DNA of 64,000 nt from Octopus sinensis (GCF_006345805.1 NC_043000.1:15500001-15564000); one strand, 5' to 3'. Positions 21,765 through 35,315 are shown, counted from the first letter of the stretch. Translations and numbers: made by a program. Notes: generated by a model from the sequence alone, not told the origin.

Positions 21765-22466
21765 AAAGTATAAAACGAATGATAAATATAAGTAAAAACA
21801 CTACATATATTTCATGGCTATAATTAAATTTGAATTACAATTAAGTTTAAATTCAATTGAAATAAATTCGAACTGAAATTATAGTCAATCTTCAGGTTAA
21901 TGATAATAGTTAAATAAATAAGCAAATAGAGTTAACAATATCTATTTAAGAAATAAATGAAATAATAATTTTTTTTATAGAAAAAACTCCATTATTTAAA
22001 TTAGAAACTTAAAATATTAGGATTATTTCCTACAACCCTATTAATATGTTAAATATTTATTTTTAAGGTAAAAAAATAGATAGAAATATGTATTTATCTA
22101 TGAAGATATAATATGGCTTTAAAAAAACATAATAAATTCTCAAATATCCTTAACTCAGTTATAGTCCAATATTTAATTATCAAATTATTTAACAAAATAA
22201 TCACTATTCATATTTTTAGATTTAAGTTCACATCTAATAATTATAAAATATTTAAAAATACTTATGTATTGGTTTATGTCTATCACTGTTTGAGTTGCAT
22301 AATAGTGGTTTTATCTCTAATTCATATTTTATATATTTATACTGTGAAATTTGATTTAATACTAAATTGAATTTTTCCCTGTAAGTTTGGAGTTATACTC
22401 CCTAATATTATTATATATACATATATATATATATATATATACCCACACACACACACACACACACAC

Positions 22467-22521
<55 letters not shown>

Positions 22522-22764
22522 AGAGTTCACAAAAAGACAAAAGATGAAGACAGGTGGTGTAAACAACAAACAGATGTATTAGTATAATGCTCGGGAAGGG
22601 AAAAAGTCTTTAATGTTTCAAGCCTATGCTCTTCCACAGAAAGGAACACAGAAAGAAACAAGGAGAGAAAATAAAGAATGTGTAGTGGCTACCGATTTAT
22701 CATGGCGAATCATATATATATATATACACATATATATATATACCCATATATCTATACATACATG

Positions 22765-22795
<31 letters not shown>

Positions 22796-22893
22796 CATAT
22801 ATATATACACACACATATATATATGTATATGTATATATATACATACATGTACACAGACACCCACACCCACACACACCCCACACACACATACAT

Positions 22894-22952
<59 letters not shown>

Positions 22953-23150
22953 TCTTTTTTAATAATTTTGATATATATTTAAAATAATATAAATTAATTA
23001 ATCTTATGTATTGGCTTAAGTTTTTCATTGTATGATTTGCCTAATAGTGGTTTTATCTCTAATTTAATATAATATAATATTTTACTATAAAATTGGATTC
23101 AATCCTAAATCTGATTTTTCCCTGTAAGTTTGGATTATTCCCTAATATTT

Positions 23151-23160
<10 letters not shown>
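21125..23160. mobile_element. Cluster of (TA)n-associated non-autonomous elements/fragments
   Basis: AATGTTTCAAGCCTATGCTCTTCCACAG.. at about 21152 and 22611; TAATAGTGGTTTTATCTC..TTTTTCCCTGTAAGTTTGG at about 22300, 23042 and 26860; 21640-21700 is inverted relative to 22262-22322. Confidence 0.65.
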
Positions 23161-23207
<47 letters not shown>

Positions 23208-23514
23208 TATACATATATTTCTTATATGTATATGTATGTATGAATGTATGCATTGCTCTCCTATCTGTACATTTGGTTACATTGCCTTGAACACATTGAG
23301 CCACCACAGAGTAGTGAAGTCTCTTTGGTCTTACGGAGGTACAAGACAACCTCACTAGTACTGGTGCAATAATAAAATGTATCTAGCACACCATGTCAAG
23401 CAGTTGGTGTTAGCCATAGAGGCCATGTTCAAAACAGAATGATACAGAATCCTGCAACCTGGCTGCATGTAATAAATGATTCAAAATCTATGTCAGTATG
23501 GAAAGCTGACATAA

Positions 23515-23516
23515 AG

Positions 23517-23566
<50 letters not shown>

Positions 23567-23750
23567 GTGATGATGGTGATCGTCATTGTTATCATCATTG
23601 TCATAGCCATCATCTTAATCGTCATCAGTAGTGTTAGTGTCAGCATCGTCATCATTATCCTCCTCCTCATCATCATCACCACCACCACCACCACCACCAC
23701 CACCACCACCACCACCACAACCACCACCACAACCATTATCATCATCATCA
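23515..23750. repeat. (GAT)n/(CAT)n/(CAC)n trinucleotide mosaic
   Basis: Seen directly. Confidence 0.9.
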
Positions 23751-23984
23751 TAGCTTTTGCTATTTGACTTTGTTCTCTGTGTTATTTAACTTTGAGTCAT
23801 ACTTTGTTTTGAAAAACGAAATTATAAACATGTGTATGAACACCCTTGTTTATTTCTGGGAGAGTTCTCAAAAAGTAGAAGCTTAATTTAGCATAATTAT
23901 GTGTGCGTGTGTGTATGTGTATGTGTGTGTGTGTTTGCATGTATGTTTGTGTGCACATGTGTGTATGTGTGTATATGTATATAC

Positions 23985-24785
23985 AGGGTGCTTAAGTTAT
24001 TTGAGGACATACCTCTTTTGGGTCATTGCTGCATTTTTTGCTAACTCTGTATCATCTCTGTTTCAGAAAATATTAATTGCAGACGCTCAGCTAACTCAAG
24101 AAATGAAGAGGCATGCTGTTATTGTGGTTATAAAGGCTGAGCATAGCGATTGAGAAATATCTCAATTTTTAAAAGTTGCCAGGTCTTTCATCTGCAAAGC
24201 TTATAAGGAGTTAGAGACTGAAGATGGAAACATATCACCAGTATCAAAGTGATAAAAAGCATTCTAAACACTCTCAAATCATCAGAACACCTGAATTTAT
24301 CCAGTAAGTTCAACAGACCATTGATTACAATCCCAGAAAGTCCATGAGGTTAATTGCAAAAGATCTCAGAAGGAACAGTCAAAAATGTTGTCCATGAAGA
24401 CATCAGATATAAGTCTTATATGATGAGGAAAGGTTAATTTGTCAGAAAAAGCAAAAGAAAATCATTACATCAAATCTAAAAGGCTCTTAAACAAACTGAA
24501 AAATCCAACTGAAGAAAATTTGATTTGGTTTTTCTCAAACGAGAAAAACTTCAATCAAGATCAAAAAGTTAACAGAAGAAATGACAGATGATTATGTGCA
24601 AACTCTTCTGAAGTTCCAAGTGTAATGCATACAAAATTTCCTGCAGCTGTCATGATTTTAGGGGTTGTCAGCAATGAAGGACATGCGATGCCTCCTTACT
24701 TCTTTCCACAAGGCCTTAGAGTTAACTCTGTTGCCTACACTGAGGTCCTGGAAATAATTAAGTTCCACATTGTTGAGTTTCAATT
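23985..24785 (+). mobile_element. Fossil Tc1/mariner (maT/DD37D-like) transposon, 3' truncated
   Basis: Starts TA-CAGGGTG. Translates MKRHAVIV.., FFSNEKNFNQDQKVNRRNDR and MHTKFPAAVMILGVVSNEG..PPYFFPQGLRVN, with several stops and frameshifts. Confidence 0.85.
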
Positions 24786-24945
24786 TTTCTCATCAGAATT
24801 ACCTGACATAGCTGATATACTCATTTTGTTTGTGACATGTCTAGGTTGTTTGTGGGTTAATAATAGCCTTGAGCTGAGATATGAGAATTGCTCTTATCAT
24901 CTATCATCTCCGTTTGGGAAATTTTATAAAGTATGGATATAAAGT

Positions 24946-25397
24946 ATGAAATCGAAATTGAACCAATCCTATGACTGGCACCCGGCAGATGCCAGGACCC
25001 CTGGACTGGAGATACGTAAAAAGCACTATACGAATCGTGGCCAATGCCAGCGCCGCCTCGACTGGCTTCCGTGTCGGTGGCACGTAAAAAGCACCATCCG
25101 AATCGTGACCAAAGCCAGTGCCGCCTCGACTGGCTTCCGTGCAGGTGGCACGTAAAATGCACCAATCTGACCGTGGCTGATGCCAGCCTCGCCTGGCACC
25201 AGTGCAGGTGGCACGTAAAAAGCACCCACTACACTCACGGAGTGGTTGGCGTTAGGAAGGGCATCCAGCCGTAGAAACATAGCCAGATAAGACCGGAGCC
25301 TGGTGCAGCCTTCTGGCTTCCCAGATCCCCGGTCGAACCGTCCAACCCATGCTAGCATGGAAAGCGGACGCTAAACGATGATGATGATGATGATGAT
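24946..25397 (+). mobile_element. Long orphan RTE 3' UTR copy with four repeat units
   Basis: GGTGGCACGTAAAA(A/T)GCACC-type units plus the conserved tail. Confidence 0.9.
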
Positions 25398-25884
25398 GGA
25401 TGCATTATCTGTTAATATCATTTTTTTCAACTAGTCTTGTTTTATGGCGTGTAATGTAATGTGTTACATTTTCTCCTTATTGTAAATGCATGGTGAATCT
25501 ATGAGAGAATGTTGTATTTCCTGGCCAATATAAAAAGTAACATAATGAAGTTTGCAATTTTCACTGTAACAACCAAATTTATAAATTGCATCTGTATCTG
25601 TATAATTGTATCTGCAGCTTGTTCTCAGTCTCTCATGCTTGTATTGTGTTGTTAATGGTTGTTAATGAAAAGAGTTTGGGTTTTATTGTTTTTGTAATAT
25701 ATTATTAGTATCAGTTCAAGGTGTTTGTGTAATGGTAATGCATTTCATGTTTTGTTTTATTAGATTCTTAATTATGTGTAATACCTGAAATGTAGTTGAT
25801 TCATATAATACACTTTGTGATATGAGTCATTTTAGCAGGGGCACTGTTTAATATATTTGTTGCTTTGTATTAGCTGGGTATCTT

Positions 25885-26105
25885 TTGTACTTTAGCCTTC
25901 ACTTGTTTCTGTCACTAGACTTTGACCATGCTGGGGCAACACCTTGAAGGGTTTAGTTGAGCAAATAAATGCCAGTATTTTTTTAAAGTTTGGTACTTAT
26001 TCTATCAGTCTCTTTGGTTGAACTGCTAAGTTACAGAGATGAAACAAGAGCCAACATCAGTTGTCAAGCATTGGTGGGATGGACAAACACAAACATGGAA
26101 ACACA
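25885..26105 (-). mobile_element. Degenerate SINE A 3' half
   Basis: Diverged match. Confidence 0.65.
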
Positions 26106-27001
26106 CATACATGTATACTATGTGAAAATTTACAAAAATAATTCAAGGGCCGAGAGTATTATGTATGGCATTTATGCACAAAATTTTCAATCCTTGAATC
26201 AATTTTGTAACTTTTTGTCAATTATAAATGTAATGAACAGCTACCAACTTTCTAAGGTAGGCTTCAAACCCTAATCCACATTTTGATACAAGTCATTGGC
26301 CTATTATCCACATGAACTTGAGATCTATAAATAACTTGTGTACTATGAATCAAAGAAGTTGTATCGTATATCTTGTAAAGACATAATAATCACAATAAAT
26401 GGACATCTTAATAACAAATTAAAATAGTTCTCCACTCATTCATTTCTCCAATGCCTCTTGCATTAAACTATGTCATTGTATATACATATATATAAGTGTA
26501 TACTGAGTTCTGTTTCTTTCTCCTCTTTGTTCTACCTATCTAATCTCTCTGTCTGCCTGTCTGTCTGTCTATCTATCTGTCTATACACATACACACACAC
26601 ACATTCATATGTTATATATATAAACAGATATACATATATAATAATAAAATCAATTCTATTCAAAATTCATTCAAACTAAAATTAATTCTATTTAAAAATA
26701 TAGTCACTCATCAGGTCTAAGATAATAAATAATAAAAAATAAAAAATAATAAAAACTACTTTTTACTATTTATTGTACTTTATTGATTTAAAATATAGTT
26801 TTTTTTTTATAGTATATGTTTTCTATATGATGTGAATAACATATTTCTTTATTGAATTAATAGTGGTTTTTCTCTAAATTGTTTACATATATTATATATT
26901 GTGAAATTTGATTTAAAATTGTTAAATTGCATTTTCCCTGTAAGTTTTGGAATTATATTCCCTACTATTATATATATACATACATACACATATATATATA
27001 G

Positions 27002-27056
<55 letters not shown>

Positions 27057-27416
27057 GAGAGAGACAGATAGATAGATAGAAAAAACGTACATACATACAT
27101 ACATATATATACATATATACATATACATACATAGTTTACAGGAATAGAATTCAGAAACTTTGAGAGAAATGGAATCATTTTCTTAAGTAGGATGTAAAAT
27201 AGATAATGCTTATAAATAAAAGTGTGCAAATATTAAATTAAAAAACCTCTTGGATAAGTGCATGTGTGCGTGTGTGTGTATGTATTATAGATAATGAAGT
27301 AAAACCCAAGATCCGATATGAAAATTAAAGATAAGAAAATACAGCTTAGATGGATTAAAGATAATAATGTACATAAATAAATGGTCATAGAAGCAAATAT
27401 AAATATACTATATACA

Positions 27417-27813
27417 TGGCGCAGGAGTGGCTGTGTGGTAAGTAGCTTGTTTACCAACCGCATGGTTCCGGGTTCAGTCCCACTGCGTGGTACCTTGGGC
27501 AAGTGTCTTCTACTATAGCCTCAGGCCAACCAAAGACTTGTGAGTGGATTTGGTAGACAGAAACTGAAAGAAGCCCGTCATATATATGTATATATATACA
27601 TGTGTGTGTGTGTCTGTGTTTGTCCCCCTAGCATTGCTTGACAACCGATGCTGGTGTGTTTACGTCCCCGTCACTTAGCGGTTTGGCAAAAGAGACCGAT
27701 AGAATAAGTACTGGGCTTACAAAGAATAAGTCCCGGGGTCGAGTTGCTCGACTAAAGGCGGTGCCCCAGCATGGCCGCAGTCAAATGACTGAAACAAGTA
27801 AAAGAGTAAAGAG
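27417..27813 (+). mobile_element. Full-length SINE A
   Basis: Near-consensus copy. Confidence 0.92.
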
Positions 27814-28336
27814 TATGTGATTCTTAAGTAATTTTAAGAAGAGAGGAAGATATGAAGTGAATGTGTAAGGATGGCCTTCAAGGTAGCAATGAAAAATTTT
27901 AAAAACTAGTAAAGAAGATAGCAGGAAAAATATGAATGCGGTTGTGTTATGATAATAGCAAGGAGAATGTTGTGAAGGCTGAAAAGTGGGGTGGTTATGT
28001 GCAGTTATGTAGGTACTAAATAGTGTTATCTGTGAAAAGTATTAACAATCATTTTAGGGAAATTGTAAGTTTAACGAGATATTAAAATATTAAAAGATAA
28101 AAAAGAGAAAGAGAAACAAAAGTAAAGAAAGAAAAATAAATAAGATTAAATTTAGTTAAAAATTAAACTATGATTTCAACACTGAAAGGGGAAATAGATA
28201 AAATTGATTAATTTAATTTGGATTAATTAATTAAAATAAGTAAACTAAGAAGAGATCTACATTAAGGTAAAAGTGAAGTTGAGGATTAGGAGAATAAAGT
28301 GAAAACTGGAAGTAAATATTTGGCGTTTTAATGTTT

Positions 28337-28520
28337 AACCTTTTAGCATTTAAACCGACCAAATCCAGCCCACATATGCTATTTTTTAATGTTCAAACCA
28401 GCCAGATCCTGCCTATCACACCTACCCTTCTTCAATGTCATTCTAAAAATATACAACCACCTAATCAAAATTTCAAAGCTATGAGATAATGCATGATTAA
28501 TTTAAAACAATGTGAATAAA
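28337..28520. mobile_element. piggyBac-like MITE fragment (TTAA-CC(C)TTT end); relative at about 51940-52540 interrupted by SINE A
   Basis: TTAACCTTTTAGCATTTAAAC end; reverse-complement homology to 51990-52110 and to GTTTAAATTCTAAAGGGTTAA at about 52520-52540. Confidence 0.55.
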
Positions 28521-28522
28521 TG

Positions 28523-28865
28523 TAGTGCAGGAGTGGCTGTGTGGTAAGTAGCTTGCTTACCAGCCACATGGTTCCAGGTTCATTTCCACTGCGTGGCACC
28601 TTGGGCAAGTGTCTTCTACTATAGCCTCGGGCCAACCAAAGCCTTATGAGTGGATTTAGTAGATGGAAACTGAAAGAAGCCTGTCGTATATATGTATGTG
28701 TGTGTGTTTATCGACCCCAGTGTGTAACTGGTACTTAATTTATCGACCCAGAAAGGATGAAAGGCAAAGTCAACCTCGGCGGAATTTAAACTCAGAACGT
28801 AACGGCAGACGAAATATGGCTACACATTTCGCCCGGCGCACTAATGTTTCTGCCAGCTCGCCGCC
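28523..28865. mobile_element. SINE A 5' half (+) fused to SINE B (-)
   Basis: Junction in the TG microsatellite at about 28710. Confidence 0.8.
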
Positions 28866-29169
28866 TTATTATGTATGATATTGTATCAAATTCATTGCTC
28901 TGGATTTGTACTTTTTAATCAGTCTCAAAAAGATGAAAGAGTTGATCTCAGCAGGGTTTGAAATCAGAGCACAGTGTATTGGAGCAAAAATTACAGGGTA
29001 TTTTATTCAACGCTCGAACAAATCGGCCAATTATCATGGTATATTGACTAGTTTTTTTTATCACAGCCAACACTTCACTGTAGATTCAGGTGCTGCCTGA
29101 ATTCATTGACGCACGGGCGGCTGAGGTCAAGTAATTCACTTTGATCTACTTCTCTGTTCAATGCAAACA

Positions 29170-29750
29170 CATCCTACCTACCCAACCTGCCAATCACTAT
29201 CACTGAAGCAATGAAGTTATCAACAATTGACTTAGCCTGTGGTGGCGGCGGTGATGTGGTGGTGGTGGTGGCGGTGGTGATGGTGGTGTGGTAGTGGTGG
29301 TGGTTGTGGTGGTTGCGATGGCGGTGGTGGTGTGGTTGCGGTGGTTGTAGTGGTAGGGGGGTTGCAGTGGTGGTGGTGGTGGTGAAGGTTAGAAGCAATG
29401 GTTTTTATGAGGCAGGGAGTAGATGCATGTGGTTATGTGGTGGGAGATAGGCAGACATTTCCAGTTTCAACATATGGTGGTGGTGGTGCTGTGGGGGGGT
29501 GGGGTCACACTTTAAGATGGTCCCTCTTCAACATCTTCATCACCCCATACAAACGAAGGGAAATCAGTTCTATATGATGGTGGTGATGGAAGATAGGGTG
29601 GAGGTGGTCATGGTGGTGGTAGCATGAATGTTCTTTTGGTGGGTTGATTGGTTCAGTATGATTAGACTCTAGTGTCCAAAAAGTGGTGAGCAAGATAGTG
29701 ATGATACTAACAAGGAAGAGGCGGGGGAGGAGGAGGAGGAGGAGGAGGAA
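29170..29750. repeat. (GGT)n/(GGA)n low-complexity region
   Basis: Seen directly. Confidence 0.85.
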
Positions 29751-29777
29751 GAATGACAGTGATGTAACTATTACTAT

Positions 29778-30183
29778 TTACTCTTTTACTTGTTTCAGTC
29801 ATTTGACTGTGTGGCCATGCTGTAGCATCGCCTTTAGTCGAGCAAATCGACCCCAGGACTTATTCTTTGTAAGCCCAGTACTTATCCTATCGGTCTCTTT
29901 TGCTAAACTGCTAACTTACAGGGACGTAAACACACCAGCATTGGTTGTCAAGTGATGTTGGGGGACAAACACAGACACAAACATATACACATACATATAT
30001 ATATATATATATAAAAATTATACAACGGGCTTCTTTCAGTTTCCGTCTACCAAATCCACTCACAAGGCTTTGGTCGGCCTGAGGCTATAGTAGAAGACAC
30101 TTGTCCAAAGTGCCACATAGTGGGATTGAACCCGGAACCATGTGGTTGGTAAGCAAGCTACTTACCACACAGCCACTCCTGCG
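29778..30183 (-). mobile_element. Full-length SINE A
   Basis: Reverse-complement match. Confidence 0.9.
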
Positions 30184-30412
30184 TCTACTGGTGTAGAAAC
30201 GGTCTTCTTGGTGTAGTGATAGTGTTGTTGGTGTTGGAGCCAGTGGTGTTCATGTGTTGAAAGTAGTTTTATTGTCGATGTAGAGTCGGTGATGCTAATG
30301 TAGTGATAGTGGCTTTGGTGAAGTGGTGGTGGTATTGGCGTAGTGACAGTGATGTTCGTGCTGGTGTTGGTGTTGGCAGTGTAGTAACAGTGGTATTGGA
30401 TCAGCAACAACA

Positions 30413-30786
30413 GTGGAGGCGCAATGGCCCAGTGGTTAGGGTAGCGGACTCACGGTCGGAGGATCGCAGTTTCAATTCCCAGACCGGGCGTTGTGTGTGT
30501 TTATTGAGCGAAAACACCTAAAGCTCTACGAGGCTCCGGCAGGGGGTGGTGGCGACCCCTGTTGTACTCTTTTGCCCCAACTTTCTTTCACTCTTTCTTC
30601 CTGTTTCTTGTCCCCGACTTCCTATGCAACCGCTGAGCCTGGATGCGCATTCATCCATCCGTCGATGCTCTCGGTGTCGGGGGTTGACCTGCTTTCTCTT
30701 CTGCGGGTCTTACAAATAGCAAAGGACCACGTTTTGGACTTCTCCCATCCTGCGAGCTCTGGGACAAAGACTGTTCGCTCAACAGC
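30413..30786 (+). mobile_element. tRNA SINE (head H1 + tail F) with TSD
   Basis: Head GTGGAGGCGCAATGGCCCAGTGGTTAGGG; TSD ATCAGCAACAACA at 30400-30412 and 30787-30799. Confidence 0.9.
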
Positions 30787-31052
30787 ATCAGCAACAACAG
30801 TGTTATTGGTGGTTTAGTAACAGCAGTGTTAGTGTAGTAACACTGGTGCTGGTGTAGTAACTGACTTTGATGTTGGTGTTGGTGTTGGTACAGAGACAGT
30901 GGTGTTGCTTTAGTAACTGTGGTGTTGGTGTAGTGAAGTGTCAATGCCGATGCGGCATCAAGTGTTGTTGTTGTTGTTGATAGAGTAAAAGTGGTGTATG
31001 TGCTAGTGTTGGTATAGTGACAGTGTTTGCGATATTAGTGGTTGGCAGACAT

Positions 31053-31400
31053 TCCGTTCTCTGAGACCCCTTTCGGTCATGACTGACCATGGGATTGCAC
31101 CTAGAAAATTACCCTCTCAGGCACAAGTTCAGGCAAGGTTGTTTATGGAAGACCAGCAGTCGCCCATGCATACAAGCCTCCCCTCTCCATGCCACCAGTG
31201 TTATCCAAGGGAAAGGCAAAGGGGCCAATACAGCTTGGCACCTGTGACGTCACAACTCATTTCTACGGCTGAGTGAACTGGAGCAACGTGAAATAAAGTG
31301 TCTTGCTCAAGAACTCAACACGCAGCCCGGTCCGGGATTCGAACTCACAACCTCATGATTGTAAGCTTGGCGCTCTAACCACTGAGCCATGCGCCTTCAC
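31053..31400 (-). mobile_element. tRNA SINE (head H2 + tail G) with TSD
   Basis: TSD TTGGCAGACAT at 31042-31052 and 31401-31411. Confidence 0.9.
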
Positions 31401-31799
31401 TTGGCAGACATACTGCTTATGCAAAGCCACTGCCACCACCACCACTGACTATGACTTGTATCACGAAGACTAATTCTCCTATTTAGTGGGTGAGGAATAC
31501 TTCGGTTCTAATCATCTGCTGATTCATCACAAAATATGACTCACATTAGAATACTGCTGAATATTTAGGAAATAGTACTGCTGTGAGAATACATCCAGAA
31601 GAATAATGTTCATTGACAAACATCCACTCAACAGCATTCTGCAATCACTCACTGATAAACATGCTGTTTTCTCTTCTATCACTATTGCAATGGCTTCTGT
31701 TCCATTTGAGTAGTTTTCTGCGTACTTTATCATTGCTTTTGTTAACATACAGAAGGGTAGTGGTGTAATGTGGAGTGTGTGAGGTGTGCAGACCATACA

Positions 31800-32430
31800 G
31801 GGCAGCAAGTTTGTATATAGGTTTGTATATAGGCAGCAAGTTTGTACATAGTTCCAGATTCAGTCCCGCTGTGTGGCACCTTGGGCAAGTGTCTTCTACT
31901 AAAGCCTTGGTCTGATCAAAAGCTTGTGAGTGGATTTGGTAGACAGAAACTGAAAGAAGCGATGAGCTGGTAGAAATGTTAGCACGCTGGGCGAAATGCT
32001 TAGCGGTATTTCGTCTGCTGCTACATTCTGAGTTCAAATTCTATCAAGGTCAACTTTGCCTTTCATCCTTTTGGGATCAATTAAATAAGTAACAGATATG
32101 CACTAGGGTCGATATAATCGACTTAATCCGTTTGTCTGTCCTTGTTTGACCCCTCTGTGTATAGTGCCTTGTGGGTAGTAAAGAAATAAGAAACTGAAAG
32201 AAGTCCATTGTATATGTATGTGTGTGTATATGCATGTATGTATGTATGTGTGTATGTGTGTATATACATGTATGTATGTATGTACGCATATATGTATATA
32301 TCTATGTGTGTGTGTCTTTATGTCTGTGTTTGTTTCCTTACCACTGCTTGACAACCGATGTTGGTGTGTTTATCTTCCATAGCTTAGCAGTTCAGCAAAA
32401 ACGATCAATAGAATAAGTACAAGGCTTAGG
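31800..32430 (+). mobile_element. SINE A interrupted by SINE B (31960-32188) with 15-bp TSD
   Basis: TSD AGAAACTGAAAGAAG at 31945-31959 and 32189-32203. Confidence 0.9.
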
Positions 32431-32607
32431 TGAAAAAAAAAATTCAATTTCTTGTATAGTGCTTTATCTTTGCAATCTTTCATCCTACACAAGCCTGACC
32501 TTCTTACTTCTAATAATAGAGGTTCTGTGGCATTTTTACATACCATGATAAATTGTTTTCTTCTGCTCTAATGCTGTGTCCGCATCCAATTATTATTATT
32601 ATTATCA

Positions 32608-32820
32608 AGGGCAGTGAGCTGGCAGAATCATTAGCACACCAGACGAAATACTTAGCAGTATTTTGTCTGCTGCTACATTCTGAGTTCAAATCCTGCCGAA
32701 GTCAACTTTGCCTTTCATCCTTTCAGGGTTGATAAATTAAGTACCAGTAAAATACTGGGGTCGATGTAATCGACCAGTCCCCTCCCACAAATTTCAGGCC
32801 TTGTGTGTCCAGTAGAAAGG

Positions 32821-32872
<52 letters not shown>
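32608..32872 (+). mobile_element. SINE B with tail B2 and (ATT)n
   Basis: SINE B head/body; tail AATTTCAGGCCTTGTG..AGAAAGGATTATT. Confidence 0.85.
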
Positions 32873-32873
<1 letters not shown>

Positions 32874-33264
32874 GCGTTTCAACCATCAATGAAATGAGTT
32901 GTTTTGTTTTGTTTTTTAAATTTGGGCATTTGTAAATTCCTTTGGGATGTTTTTCATGGTCTAGACCAGGATTCACAACATTCTTTTCATTCTGATTATC
33001 CTTAGATAAATTTTGGGAAGTAATTTAGCCATGTCCTGTTTTGTTCACTAATTTCAATGTACATTTCTACTATAATAAAGTCACTGAAAAAGCTGACATA
33101 ATAATTATAGGTGTGGAAAAGTGGACATAACAATTATAGATAAGATAAAGCGGACATAACAATTACAGATAAGGAAAAGCAAAGTTGCTTACTTATTGAC
33201 CCATCATGGTCATTTGATCCTAGGATTGTAAAGAAAGAGGAAGAAAAGAAAAAAATCCCTTAAC

Positions 33265-33482
33265 CCTTTTGTTACTAACCCGGCTAAAACCGGCTCTGGC
33301 TCTGTGGTAAAATGTCTTGTTTCCATAAGTTTTGAATTAGAATATTCCACCAAGCCTTAGTCACAATTTACGTTCCTAACACTCGTTTAATGATAACTAA
33401 GTTATTTTACTAAATTCTTTTTATATTTAGAATAATTGAAAGAAACCCAGAGCATCTCAAAATAAATGCAGTAACAAAAGGG
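33265..33482. mobile_element. piggyBac-like MITE
   Basis: TIRs CCCTTTTGTTACT / AGTAACAAAAGGG; TTAA on both sides (33261-33264 and 33483-33486). Confidence 0.85.
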
Positions 33483-33519
33483 TTAAAATTTGAAATGGGA
33501 AGAATTTGGAGCATGTGAA

Positions 33520-33660
33520 CAGTAAAGATCCTGCCTAAAATAATTGGTGTATTCGGAACAGTAAGCAAAAGTGTAGACAAACAACTGAAGGAGGCTGAAA
33601 TGGAATACTTGATAGAGCTTCTATAGAAAGTTTGTCTCTTTGGGACAAGCAAGGATTATC
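33520..33660 (+). mobile_element. Old RLE retrotransposon C-terminal fragment
   Basis: VKILPKIIGVFGTVSK..LL*KVCLFGT resembles IP.IIG.LG....QK..LLGT. Confidence 0.6.
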
Positions 33661-33745
33661 GGTGGAGGTGGTGGGGGTGGTGGTGGGGTTCTAAGTACTT
33701 AAAAGACTTCTGAAAACTTGTGGGATACCAGAGGATGCAGGTAGT

Positions 33746-34132
33746 GGTGGAAGCACTCCGTCGGTTACGACGACGAGGGTTCCGGTTGATCCGAATCAAC
33801 GGAACAGCCTGCTCGTGAAATTAACGTGTAAGTGGCTGAGCACTCCACAGACACATGCACCCTTAACGTAGTTCTCGGGGATATTCAGCGTGACACAGAG
33901 AGTGACAAGGCCGGCCCTTTGAAATACAGGTACAACAGAAACAGGAAGTAAGAGTGAGAGAAAGTTGTGGTGAAAGAGTACAGCAGGGATCACCACCATC
34001 CCCTGCCGGAGCCTTGTGGAGCTTTAGGTGTTTTCGCTCAATAAACACTCACAACGCTCGGTCTGGGAATCGAAGCCGCGATCCTATGACCGCGAGTCCG
34101 CTGCCCTTACCACTGGGGCATTGCGCCTCCAC
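33746..34132 (-). mobile_element. tRNA SINE (head H1 + tail E) with 13-bp TSD
   Basis: TSD GGATGCAGGTAGT at 33733-33745 and 34133-34145; near-identical copy at 45981-46354. Confidence 0.93.
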
Positions 34133-34344
34133 GGATGCAGGTAGTAACCCACTACTCACATAAATCCTGCCAGGAATAAGACCAAACCTGAGCCAAACCA
34201 AAATAATAATGATAATAATAATTAATTGTTATCGCCATATTAATATGGCAGTCTTATAGATATAAGACTAAAAGCTGTCGCTGATTAGCTCCATGAGGCC
34301 ATCGCCTTATGATAGCTATTTGACACACAAACTGTGTCCATTAT

Positions 34345-34483
34345 AACCTTCGAACAAGGGAGGTCAGCCGCTTCACACTGCCAGTCAGACAGCTACAGAC
34401 GTGTTTCAGGGTATTTGCCCTTTGTCAATGTAGCGTAGTCAGACCCAGCAGGTGTCGCCACTGATCGTCTCTGTTCGAAGGTT
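34345..34483. mobile_element. Short TIR element
   Basis: 12-bp inverted repeats AACCTTCGAACA / TGTTCGAAGGTT. Confidence 0.45.
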
Positions 34484-34559
34484 TTATTTACCTAGTTTCG
34501 GTGGAATACATCCACTTGTTTTCAATAATAGAAATCTTAAAATTACTAAGTCTCTCTAA

Positions 34560-35090
34560 AAGAGATAATAAAAATAGGATATTGAAATGGTATGTGTGTA
34601 AACCAAATGTCACCAAGAATAATGAGTATAAGATCTTGTGGGATTTTACAATCCATTGTGATTCAGTGATTGATGCTCAGAGACCAAACATTGTTGTAAA
34701 TTGATAAAACAATGAAGGAAACCAAGATCATAGATATTGCCATACCTGGGGATGTACAGGAGGATGACAAAGAACTGGAAAAGGTTGAGAATTACAAGCC
34801 ATTGCATAATGAGATTGTACAAATGTGGGCATTGAAGAAAGAAACTGTCATTCCAGTAATTTTAGAGACATTGGGAGAAATTAATAACCAGGTCTGAGAA
34901 ATTTGTTGGAAAAATTGGGACCGACATGAGGGTGGGACATGCTCATAAAACTGTTTTATTGGGGACAGGGAGGATTTCAAGACATGCTAGAAGATCCCGT
35001 GAGACCCTTGATAACAGGTTGTTGTCTGCTCCTACAGAATAAGCCAGAGCAAGTGGAAGCAAGAACTGTGAGAAGTGAAATGTATAATTC
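34560..35090 (+). mobile_element. R4-like RLE 3' fragment
   Basis: KILWDFTIHCD..QRPNIVV, IIDIAIPGD..KELEKVENYKPL and VIPVILETLG motifs. Confidence 0.8.
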
Positions 35091-35096
35091 CTTATG

Positions 35097-35313
35097 TCTG
35101 TCTGGCACCTGTGCAGGTGGCACATAAAAAAACACCCACTACACTCGCGAAGTGGTTGGCGTTAGGAAGGGCATCCAGCCGTAGAAACACTGCCAGATCT
35201 GACTGGGCCTGACGAAGCCTTCCAGCTTCACAGACCCCAGTTGACCCGTCTAATCCATGCTAGCATGGAAAGCGGACGCTAAACGATGATGATGATGATG
35301 ATGATGATGATGA
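35097..35313 (+). mobile_element. Orphan RTE 3' UTR copy (short)
   Basis: One repeat unit, conserved tail and (GAT)n. Confidence 0.88.
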
Positions 35314-35315
35314 TA

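Noticed and set aside
21780-22260. Mitochondrial insertion (NUMT) in the very AT-rich stretches here and at 26140-26900
   Set aside because: No recognisable mitochondrial protein, rRNA or tRNA motifs.
30413-30490. tRNA genes at SINE heads
   Set aside because: A/B boxes are present but the heads run directly into SINE bodies with TSDs; no complete cloverleaf is evident.
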